59,104 nt of DNA, from positions 1-59,104 of the IMG/VR virus record IMGVR_UViG_3300044995_000110. The stretch is one strand, 5' to 3'. The position numbers were made by a program, and so were the translations under genes. This stretch comes from a virus. This document shows positions 50,302-57,920 of this stretch, in pieces; position 1 is the first letter of the stretch; every line of letters begins with the position of its first letter. Below the pieces are notes generated by a model. The model was not told where the DNA came from, did no database searches, and saw nothing but the letters and a program-made list of their open reading frames with translations.

Positions 50302-50546
50302 GGGCTAAAAGAAGGGTGCTGCAAATGGTCGCTGAACTTGGGCGTGCGACTGCCCGACAGCATCTACCGAGTTTCGTGGTCTTCGCTTGAGCAAGCGATA
50401 AACCATAGCTCATAGCGGCAATGCCGCAATGAGCGTGGCTTTCCGGGACCGGGAAAGGAAAAGCAAGCTGCCTGTTTGTGATTCATGCGAGTGCATGAGG
50501 AACGAGCAGACAAATGGCTAACCCAACCCGAAAGGAACCCTAAGCC

Positions 50547-51992
50547 ATGTCCACAGTGATTGACCAGCTGTTCCGCGAAACCGGACGAACTGCCGAAATC
50601 ATTGCCCGTTCGGTTTATCAGCACAGCCCTTACATTGACTTGATCCCCCGCGGCGCCTACCCCGCCGGCCTGGGCAATTCGATTGTGTATCAACAGTTTG
50701 AGAACAATCGAATCCAACGTGAACTCATTAACTTCCAGAACGTGACTGGGACGACCTACGGCTCGACTTCCAGCCAATGCACGTTCTCTGGACCTGAAGT
50801 TGGCAACGGGATGACCCAAAAATCCCTGCAGCTTGTCAACTTCTTTATGACCTCTAAGTGGTTCTGCGCCAAAGACTTTACCACGGCCTTTGAGTTTGAG
50901 AACCAGTGGGGCAACATCATCGACAACTTTGCGGAAAACACCCGTTGGGTTCTTGAAACCCATGGCCGCAACGAAGCCGCGCGCATTGCTGGCGAAAAGA
51001 TTGTTCTGACCTCCAACATCAATCGGAACCAGAACGACACTTCCTCGCCCCATGCGTTTCCCACTAGCGGGGGCAACCCAATTGTCCCGACCAGCCAGCT
51101 CACTCAGGATCACCTCTCCAAGTTCTACATGGAGATTCAGTCCCGTGGGGCCGGTGTCCAGTCTGCTTACGGCATGGAGTCGGGGCGCCCGGTTTATGCC
51201 TTGATTGCTGGTGCGGAAACCAGCGACCGCATCCTGCGCAACATCAATGCCCAGCGCCTTGACCTCAACTACGGCAAGCCCGATGAGCTGCTTCGCCCCC
51301 TGGGCGTGGACCGCACCTTCCGTGGTTTCGCCCATATCCACGACCTGTATCCCAGCCGCTACTACATTGGCCAGGCGCCGGTGAACGTGACCTCCATCAC
51401 CCGCACCGGCACCACTGCCACTGTCACCACCGCCACCAACCACGGCTATGCGACTGGTGACTACGTGCACATTGCGGGGGCCGACAGCACCACCGACCCG
51501 CAAATGCGAGCCTACAATGGGGCCAAGGTGATCACCGTCACTTCGCCCACTACGTTCACCTACACCGTGGCCAACGGGCCTAGCTCGCCGGCCACCGGCA
51601 CGATCACGGCTCGCCGCCTTGGCTCCACCACGGGCGCCAACCATGCCTACATCGAAGTCAGTCCCTTCGATGTCACCAGTGCTACCCTGGGTGAAAAAAC
51701 CGTGTTCTCGCCCATCTATGATGCCGCTCCCTTTGAGCGCAGCCTCATTTGGGTGAAGGATGCCTGTAAGTTCCTCATCCCGCCTCTGCCACCGCGCAAG
51801 GGATTCAAGCATAACCTCAATAGTTATGTGGGGGACTTCACCCTTGTGCCGGATAAGAGTAACAATGACCCGTATGGGCTTCGTTTCCGCTATGTCTCCC
51901 TGTTTGAGATGGCGACGATGATCCTGCGGAACGAGCGCGTTTATTCGATCCTGCACCTGCGTTGCCAGCCCACTGCCGTGGCCTGCACCTAA
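50547..51992 (+). CDS. Major capsid protein candidate
   Basis: This 481-aa ORF follows the scaffold-like gene and has a GGAAC/AAGG SD region. A T/G/A-rich insertion (TRTGTTATVTTATNHGYATGDYVHIAGA) is present. The family was not verified. Confidence 0.6.
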   Translation: MSTVIDQLFRETGRTAEIIARSVYQHSPYIDLIPRGAYPAGLGNSIVYQQFENNRIQRELINFQNVTGTTYGSTSSQCTFSGPEVGNGMTQKSLQLVNFFMTSKWFCAKDFTTAFEFENQWGNIIDNFAENTRWVLETHGRNEAARIAGEKIVLTSNINRNQNDTSSPHAFPTSGGNPIVPTSQLTQDHLSKFYMEIQSRGAGVQSAYGMESGRPVYALIAGAETSDRILRNINAQRLDLNYGKPDELLRPLGVDRTFRGFAHIHDLYPSRYYIGQAPVNVTSITRTGTTATVTTATNHGYATGDYVHIAGADSTTDPQMRAYNGAKVITVTSPTTFTYTVANGPSSPATGTITARRLGSTTGANHAYIEVSPFDVTSATLGEKTVFSPIYDAAPFERSLIWVKDACKFLIPPLPPRKGFKHNLNSYVGDFTLVPDKSNNDPYGLRFRYVSLFEMATMILRNERVYSILHLRCQPTAVACT

Positions 51993-52104
51993 TCCATAGT
52001 ATCCTCCTGAAAGCCTGGGCCGCCCTAAGAAGGCGGTCCAGGCTAAGGGCGGGATGAAGTAAAAAAAGAATCTCTCAACGAAAGCCCCCATCCCCACCAC
52101 CACC

Positions 52105-52401
52105 ATGAAATCAGAAAAATCAAAAAACGCCTACCCGGAGTTTTCCGTTGACGGATTCCAGATTCCCGAAGGCGTTAAACCTGGCGAAGATTTTGAAATT
52201 GTGGCCACCCTTCGTGCCAGCGAGTCTGGCACACTGATGCTAATTGCCGTTGAAGGCATGCCGGTGACTCAAGTAGAACCAGATTCTGAGAAAGAAAAAG
52301 CCTTGGAGTCGCGCGACCCGAAATCCGAAATGTTTGAAAAAATGCGCGGATTTTACGAAAAGACCAAAGGCCAAATGCCCAAAGAAGAAGAAGAGGAGTA
52401 G
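52105..52401 (+). CDS. Hypothetical protein (head-associated?) with an acidic tail
   Basis: A 98-aa ORF that ends in EEEEE. Confidence 0.6.
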   Translation: MKSEKSKNAYPEFSVDGFQIPEGVKPGEDFEIVATLRASESGTLMLIAVEGMPVTQVEPDSEKEKALESRDPKSEMFEKMRGFYEKTKGQMPKEEEEE

Positions 52402-52407
52402 CCCGCC

Positions 52408-54027
52408 ATGAGCGCAAGCCCTGATTTTATTCGGAAGATTCAACGCATCTACAACCGCCTCAATGGCGCCCCCTATGACGGCACCGTTAACGAAAGCGTC
52501 GATGTGCTTGCGGAAAAACTTGCCGATTTGACAGAGGAATCGGTTGGCCCTGATGGGAAAATCTTGCACAGCAAGCTTGCCAACTCGTTTGAGCCAAAAA
52601 CTAGTTCATTCACCGCTCAGAATGGCGGTCATTACCGCACCACCGGAACGATCACTGTTACTGATGCCCCCTCACCTGTTGCTGGGCATTATTATGTTGT
52701 GCTGGTTCAGTCAGGAACAGCAACGATTGGCGGAACAGGTTTTGGTCCTTCCCGAGTTCCTGTTTACCGTTACTATAACGGCACCAGTTGGGTCACATTG
52801 GGGCCAGAAGGCGAAGTTGTCGGAACGACCGCAACGCAGACTTTAACGAACAAAACGATTGAGAACCCCACCATTATTAGCGGGAATTTTATTCGTAACT
52901 CTAGTAACCTTAGTCTTTGGTCGGCAAACATTTACACGCCCACCATTTACGAACCGAGCATTAGGTTTAGTCAACGAACATCCTCATTTACCGCAGAAGC
53001 CTATAAGTATTACGCTACAGCCGGCACGGTTACTGTTACCGATCCAGCTTCGGCAAGCGCAGAAGATTACTATTTTGTCCTCGTCCAATCTGGCACAGCC
53101 ACGATTGGTGGGGTTGCTTTTGGGCCTTCTCGCTTCCCCATTTACCGTTACTACAACGGAACCAGTTGGGTGACGCTGCCTGTGTCGTTGGCCACGGACG
53201 CCACCCTAAACGGGCCGAACAACACGGCCCCCAACCAAACGGCGGCTTCGGCTTCGTCCCTCATGACGAGGGCGTTGTGTGATGATCGCTATGCGCCTAA
53301 ATCCCTGCAAAACAATTCCCCAGCTTTAGACGCCATGCTTTTAGCCTGTCGCCCTGCTTTGCGATTTGGGACGACGTGGCAACTAGCCAATGGAGGAACA
53401 TGGTCCAATTGGACGCCCACTAATGACAACTCTTGGGCTCAATTACGATTGCAAGTAGCAGCTTCAACCGCCCCCAGTTGGTCTCGCGCGAGTATTTACA
53501 ACTTTAATTTGTTAACTGGAGAAGCAAGCAATACTTACGCTAATCGTGGCTTTATTTTCTCGGCTTGGCTAAATACGCCCGGCGATTCTGCGGCCATTGG
53601 GATGCGGACCACGTTTTACTTTGGCGGAACGGGGAGCGAGACGGGGGGAGCGTTGTCAGACCGTGGGCTTCGGGTTGCGTTTGTTGGCAACAGCCCCAAC
53701 TCAGATTATTTGGTTGAAGCGGCCATTCACAACGGCACTAGCGAGACTTTACAATCTGCAAATGTTGCCACAGCCAATTTCCGTAACGGCATCATGATTC
53801 GTTGGCTTCCCGTGGGGGGACCGCCGACATCAGGCTCACAGCTTCAAGTATGGGGGCTGGGCGCTGACAAAGTGTTGCGCTTGCTAACGACTGCAACTCT
53901 TTCAAGCGCCTTCTCTAACAACAATTTTGCTGGCTCTCGATTTGTGGTTGTGGCCAGTTCTGTTGGGACTACGCCTGGCTATACCGCCAACTGGGAAATT
54001 GGAGGCATGACAGTATTCATTGACTAA
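52408..54027 (+). CDS. Fibre/spike-like protein with an internal tandem domain duplication
   Basis: Two segments of about 75 aa are highly similar (TSSFTA...YY.VLVQSGTATIGG..FGPSR.P.YRYYNGTSWVTL). Confidence 0.7.
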   Translation: MSASPDFIRKIQRIYNRLNGAPYDGTVNESVDVLAEKLADLTEESVGPDGKILHSKLANSFEPKTSSFTAQNGGHYRTTGTITVTDAPSPVAGHYYVVLVQSGTATIGGTGFGPSRVPVYRYYNGTSWVTLGPEGEVVGTTATQTLTNKTIENPTIISGNFIRNSSNLSLWSANIYTPTIYEPSIRFSQRTSSFTAEAYKYYATAGTVTVTDPASASAEDYYFVLVQSGTATIGGVAFGPSRFPIYRYYNGTSWVTLPVSLATDATLNGPNNTAPNQTAASASSLMTRALCDDRYAPKSLQNNSPALDAMLLACRPALRFGTTWQLANGGTWSNWTPTNDNSWAQLRLQVAASTAPSWSRASIYNFNLLTGEASNTYANRGFIFSAWLNTPGDSAAIGMRTTFYFGGTGSETGGALSDRGLRVAFVGNSPNSDYLVEAAIHNGTSETLQSANVATANFRNGIMIRWLPVGGPPTSGSQLQVWGLGADKVLRLLTTATLSSAFSNNNFAGSRFVVVASSVGTTPGYTANWEIGGMTVFID

Positions 54028-54439
54028 TATGAAAACCATTAAATCCATCCACGTCGCAGAATCCGAATCCGTCATTTACTACCAAGATGGCGAGTATCGG
54101 GCAAACCTCGCAATCCCCATTTCCGACCTTTCCATAGAGCAGAACGCCATACGGCAAGCAGCGTTGGACTGGTTTGTTGGGCAGCTTGCCCAAGGTGAGA
54201 CATTGGCGGGGAACATCATTCTCGACATTCGGCGAAATGCCATTTTGGTTGATGCCGGAGATAACGAAGCCGATCCGCCCGTGCTTCCGACGTATCGGCA
54301 CGAAGTCATTGGCGTGGCAACGGTGCAAAGTCCGCTGGGGCAACGCACAATTTCCCGCTCGTCCGAGACTATGCCCACCGAACTCCGTGAGGGCTTCCTT
54401 GCACTTCTGGCAGGGATTGAAGCAAAGATCAATGAATGA
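54020..54439 (+). CDS. Hypothetical protein
   Basis: A 139-aa ORF that overlaps its upstream neighbour by 8 nt. Confidence 0.6.
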   Translation: MTNMKTIKSIHVAESESVIYYQDGEYRANLAIPISDLSIEQNAIRQAALDWFVGQLAQGETLAGNIILDIRRNAILVDAGDNEADPPVLPTYRHEVIGVATVQSPLGQRTISRSSETMPTELREGFLALLAGIEAKINE

Positions 54440-54728
54440 GTCCGTGCGCCCACAACGAGAAAATGAAGAAGTCGCGTCCAAGCTGCGAGAGCTTGAGATC
54501 AGGCTCATTGGCATCGACGGGAACAACGGACTCACCAAGCGGGTGCATGACTTGGAGCAAAATATGAATGAGGGGCTTGAAAAGCTGATGGCGCGTCTCG
54601 ACCGCATTGCGGCGGAACGAGACCAGCGACTGCACGAGCTTGAAAAGCGTGTTTATCTCGTTTGCGGAGTCCCAGCCATTGTTGCGGCAACTGCTGCCGC
54701 ATTGAAGTTTTTGCACCTCGTCAACTAA
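54432..54728 (+). CDS. Coiled-coil protein with a C-terminal TM anchor (lysis-associated?)
   Basis: The ATG at 54432 lies in frame within ORF 54174..54728. The sequence runs MNESVRPQRENEE... to VCGVPAIVAATAAALKFLHLVN. Confidence 0.5.
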   Translation: MNESVRPQRENEEVASKLRELEIRLIGIDGNNGLTKRVHDLEQNMNEGLEKLMARLDRIAAERDQRLHELEKRVYLVCGVPAIVAATAAALKFLHLVN

Positions 54729-54744
54729 CAAAAAGGAAACAAAA

Positions 54745-54948
54745 ATGAGCCTCATCATCCAACGCATCATCCGCCAGGGCCTAACCGCCGCCGCTGGCTA
54801 CCTCGTCGCCAAGGGCGTGATCAACGCTGACGCCGCCGGTTCGTGGACCAGTGCAGGGGTTGAGTTTTTCTCTGCCCTTGTCTTGTTTGCGGTTTCGTGG
54901 GTTTGGTCCACGATGAACGCCCACTTGCTGTCCCGCAAAAAATCCTGA
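54745..54948 (+). CDS. Holin candidate
   Basis: This 67-aa protein has two hydrophobic segments and a basic C-terminus (LLSRKKS). It lies upstream of the endolysin. Confidence 0.5.
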   Translation: MSLIIQRIIRQGLTAAAGYLVAKGVINADAAGSWTSAGVEFFSALVLFAVSWVWSTMNAHLLSRKKS

Positions 54949-54951
54949 CCC

Positions 54952-55134
54952 ATGGAAGCACTCGCCTTATGGCTTGGCACCTTGCTAGGTGCCGCGCTCA
55001 AGGAGTGCGCTCCTGTGCTGCGCGACATCTTGCGTGACGCCATCCGTGAGGCCATCACACCGACGGTTGAGGACGGCAAGCGCGATCCTGACTTGCGCCA
55101 GCGGCTTGTCAACAAAATCAAGGAGGTGCAATGA
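54952..55134 (+). CDS. Small N-terminally anchored protein (i-spanin-like?)
   Basis: This 60-aa protein has a hydrophobic N-terminus followed by a charged helix. Confidence 0.4.
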   Translation: MEALALWLGTLLGAALKECAPVLRDILRDAIREAITPTVEDGKRDPDLRQRLVNKIKEVQ

Positions 55135-55376
55135 CGATTGCCAACGTCATCAAAATCTGGACTGCGCTTGCTCTAGCGAGCATCTGTGCTGGCTTTGCCC
55201 TCGCTGGCTGCGCAACGCGGACGATTTACGTGCCACCCGGCGAGCCTGTCCGTTTGGCTGCGCCAATTAAAAATGCGCCCGTGTGGGTGCGTGATGCTCA
55301 AGGCAAATGGGTGCGTGGCCGTGTCACGTTGCAGGAGGGCTGGTATGCCTTGCCAGACCCCGGACCGGAGAAATAA
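55131..55376 (+). CDS. Lipoprotein (o-spanin-like?)
   Basis: The signal peptide carries the lipobox LAGC (ALASICAGFALAGCAT). The protein is 81 aa. Confidence 0.55.
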   Translation: MTIANVIKIWTALALASICAGFALAGCATRTIYVPPGEPVRLAAPIKNAPVWVRDAQGKWVRGRVTLQEGWYALPDPGPEK

Positions 55377-55379
55377 AAG

Positions 55380-55982
55380 ATGAATCGCTGGCCGGGACGC
55401 AATGAGCGCAAAAAAATCCTCCGCAAAATCATATCCGGCGAGCGACCTTTGCCGATTGTTAGCAAGCCGCCCGAAGTTGCCGCCAAGCCACCACTTAACA
55501 AAGCGAGCCAAGCGGCTCCTCCAAGCATGGTTTTTGACGCGCGATCCGAGCGAAATCTGAAAACCTTGCAGCCGCACGCCGAAGCGCGCTTTCGCGAGTG
55601 GCTTCAAGCTGTGCGCAACGCGGGCATCCCAGCCGTTATTATCTGCGGCACAAGGACATTTGCAGAGCAAGCCGAAATCTACGCCCAAGGTAGGACTAAG
55701 CCCGGGCCAATCGTCACCAAGGCAGCGCCAGGTGACTCAATGCACAACTACGGAGTGGCGATTGATTTTGTGGTGTTTGACGGTGTTGACGAAAAAGGTG
55801 GCGTGGGTCAGCCCAGGTGGGATAGTCCATTGATGGCCAAGGCAGGACAGATCGCGCTTGAGATGGGTCTGGATTGGGGCGGCGCCTGGAAAACATTTAA
55901 AGACACTCCACACATCCAACTGCCCGGAATGAGGATTGCCGAGCTGAGACAGGTTTTGCCGCACGGCTGGATTCCTGCCTAA
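55380..55982 (+). CDS. Endolysin, peptidase M15 (VanY / L-Ala-D-Glu peptidase-like)
   Basis: SMHNYGVAIDF matches the H..G.A.D pattern, and DTPHIQL follows. The protein is 200 aa. Confidence 0.8.
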   Translation: MNRWPGRNERKKILRKIISGERPLPIVSKPPEVAAKPPLNKASQAAPPSMVFDARSERNLKTLQPHAEARFREWLQAVRNAGIPAVIICGTRTFAEQAEIYAQGRTKPGPIVTKAAPGDSMHNYGVAIDFVVFDGVDEKGGVGQPRWDSPLMAKAGQIALEMGLDWGGAWKTFKDTPHIQLPGMRIAELRQVLPHGWIPA

Positions 55983-55991
55983 CGGTCTTGC

Positions 55992-56855
55992 ATGAAAAAC
56001 AAAAAATGGACCATCACCAAACTAGGCCCCAACGTCCATGCGCTAGACCTTCACATGGAGCACGCCGGCGAGGAGCAAGAGGTTCTTTTCCAGGCCGATG
56101 AGCACTGGGATAACGCCCACTGTCGCTTGGACCTGCTCAAACGCCACCACGAAGAAGCCAAGGCTCTAGGCGCGCCAATCCTGAAGTTTGGCGATGTCTT
56201 TTGCGCTATGCAGGGAAAGTGGGACAAACGAGCGTCGCAGGATCAATTGAGGGCCGAGCATAGAGGATGCAACTACCTGGATCGCTTGGTCTCGACTGCG
56301 GCGGAATGGTATCGACCCTACAAAGACAACATAGCTCTGATTTGCCCCGGCAATCACGAAACATCCATTCTCAAAAGGCACGAAACGAACCTAACAGAAA
56401 GGCTTTGCGACCGCTTGGGCGTGGAGATGGGGAGCTATTGGGGCTATGTAGTGGTCAGACTTGCTAGGCACTGGAAGGGGATTCAGAAGAACGAATATCA
56501 TGTCCACATCCACTACCACCACGGCTACGGCGGAGGCGGGGAGGTGACTCGCGGGCTGATCGACCACAGCCGGACACGTGGCCAATACCTGGCCGACATC
56601 TACTTTTCGGGCCATATCCATCGGCGGAATATGGATGAGAACCAGATCGTCTATTGCGACCGCTTGGGCAACATCCGGGTGCGTGAGCAACTTTTCCTGC
56701 GCCTTGGGACCTACAAAGACGAACACGACTGCCACGGCTTTCATATCGAAAAGGGCAGGGCGGCACGGCCATTGGGCGGCTGGTGGGTGCGCTTCCGCTA
56801 CGAACGGCACAAAAACAACCACATCCTAACATTTGAGGAGCGTCGAGCCAAATGA
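55992..56855 (+). CDS. Calcineurin-like metallophosphoesterase
   Basis: The motifs ADEHWDN, FGDVF, PGNHE and SGHIH occur in the canonical order. Confidence 0.75.
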   Translation: MKNKKWTITKLGPNVHALDLHMEHAGEEQEVLFQADEHWDNAHCRLDLLKRHHEEAKALGAPILKFGDVFCAMQGKWDKRASQDQLRAEHRGCNYLDRLVSTAAEWYRPYKDNIALICPGNHETSILKRHETNLTERLCDRLGVEMGSYWGYVVVRLARHWKGIQKNEYHVHIHYHHGYGGGGEVTRGLIDHSRTRGQYLADIYFSGHIHRRNMDENQIVYCDRLGNIRVREQLFLRLGTYKDEHDCHGFHIEKGRAARPLGGWWVRFRYERHKNNHILTFEERRAK

Positions 56856-57100
56856 GCAAGTGCCCCCTTGAGTCTTTGGCACTGCGCTATCTTAAAGTAT
56901 TGGCCGAGCACGCCGACACGGTTGTGATTTTGGCGTCTGTCCCTGGGAGGCGGCCCGGGCAAAAGACTAAGCTGATCAGCCTGTGGACAGGCAATCAGTT
57001 TGCCGCTGAATACATGGCAAGCAACTTCAGTGTCTCAGGGGATGAGGAAGATGATGAGGATGAAGAGCCGTCCGAAGGCGACCCGCGCATCCGACATTGA
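56852..57100 (+). CDS. Hypothetical acidic protein
   Basis: An 82-aa ORF containing the acidic run DEEDDEDEE. Confidence 0.55.
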   Translation: MSKCPLESLALRYLKVLAEHADTVVILASVPGRRPGQKTKLISLWTGNQFAAEYMASNFSVSGDEEDDEDEEPSEGDPRIRH

Positions 57101-57112
57101 TACAAAAAGTAG

Positions 57113-57140
57113 TTGACTAGCGGCTGCTGACGTCTATGCG
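57113..57140 (+). promoter_or_regulatory. Promoter (AAAAAGTAGTTGACT-16-TATGCG) feeding a leaderless ATG at 57149
   Basis: -35 is at 57113-57118 and -10 at 57135-57140. The ATG lies 8 nt after the -10. The extended -35 box is shared with 29096-29100 and 31018-31023 (minus strand). Confidence 0.45.
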
Positions 57141-57148
57141 GTGGATTC

Positions 57149-57283
57149 ATGGACGAAATTCTTGACTACATCTTACTTGCTTTGGGCCTTGCGGTTGTCT
57201 TGGGGGGATTGACCGGATTGGTTGGTGCGCTGTGGGCGCTGGCCGAGGCATATTTTGGTGGCGACGAAGATCATGACTCCTGA
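57149..57283 (+). CDS. Small membrane protein (44 aa), hypothetical
   Basis: The product is MDEILDYILLALGLAVVLGGLTGLVGALWALAEAYFGGDEDHDS. The ORF is not in the supplied track because it is under 60 aa. Confidence 0.45.
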   Translation: MDEILDYILLALGLAVVLGGLTGLVGALWALAEAYFGGDEDHDS

Positions 57284-57716
57284 CTTAAACCTTCGCATCA
57301 ACAAGAACGGGAAAATTCTGCAAAGGCCAGTTGTGGCTTTTGCCGAGCCACCTTTTGCCCTTGCTCGCCGCATTGCCAGGGCGGCGCAGGGGAAGCGGCA
57401 TTTGGCGTCATGGCTGGCGTCTGTTGTTGTTTGGGATGCTTACGTCAACACTATCATCCCCAAGGAAGAACAAGGCAGTCACCGCGTGTTGCGGCTCATG
57501 CGGGGCTACAGACACAAGCAATGCCTAAGCCGAGACGACGAGCTGTGCCAGGCCATGATTCGCTTTGGCTACGAGGAAAAGTATTCAAAATTCCGCTCGC
57601 GTCCTGAGAATTATGGACATCAGCCAGCCTATCGTCGCGGCCCGCAGTTCCGTTTTAAGTTGTTGAAAGATTTTGAAATAACAAAAAAGCCCCATGCTAT
57701 TAGAGGTGCCGAATGA
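57273..57716 (+). CDS. Hypothetical basic protein
   Basis: The ATG at 57273 lies in frame within ORF 57222..57716. The product is 147 aa. Confidence 0.6.
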   Translation: MTPDLNLRINKNGKILQRPVVAFAEPPFALARRIARAAQGKRHLASWLASVVVWDAYVNTIIPKEEQGSHRVLRLMRGYRHKQCLSRDDELCQAMIRFGYEEKYSKFRSRPENYGHQPAYRRGPQFRFKLLKDFEITKKPHAIRGAE

Positions 57717-57889
57717 AAAAACTGAGCATCACTATCGCAATTTTGGAGGATCAAGCGCCACCCATCTCCGTGACAGCAACTAAAGTTGTCACTGCTAAAG
57801 AATTGCAGGCTTGCCTGCTTGAGCTTTCGCAAAAACTTTTAAATGACCTTGCCGCATTGATAGCCAAGCAATGCAAAACAAAATTTTGA
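57713..57889 (+). CDS. Hypothetical protein (58 aa)
   Basis: An ATGA overlap couples it to the upstream gene. The product starts MKKLSITIAILEDQAPP... The ORF is not in the supplied track because it is under 60 aa. Confidence 0.45.
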   Translation: MKKLSITIAILEDQAPPISVTATKVVTAKELQACLLELSQKLLNDLAALIAKQCKTKF

Positions 57890-57920
57890 AATATCTAGAA
57901 CTATACGCAAAATTGAGCTT

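Noticed and set aside
50364-52106. A 580-aa minus-strand ORF, the second-longest ORF on that strand.
   Set aside because: It lies entirely antisense to the capsid-like gene 50547..51992. Its composition is Gly/Arg/Val/Ala-rich, it has no SD, and the plus-strand gene fits the portal-scaffold-capsid order. I treat it as a shadow ORF.
57273-57716. Whether this ORF is the missing N-terminal half of the truncated methyltransferase, based on VVAFAEPPFAL (like xDPPY/F), VVVWDAY and ITKKPHAI (like TQKP).
   Set aside because: The motif spacing does not match the intact paralogue (DPPY to W.WDK is about 60 aa there against about 25 aa here). Asp is replaced by Glu. A separate 58-aa gene intervenes before tnpB. 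The matches are too weak without a profile search.
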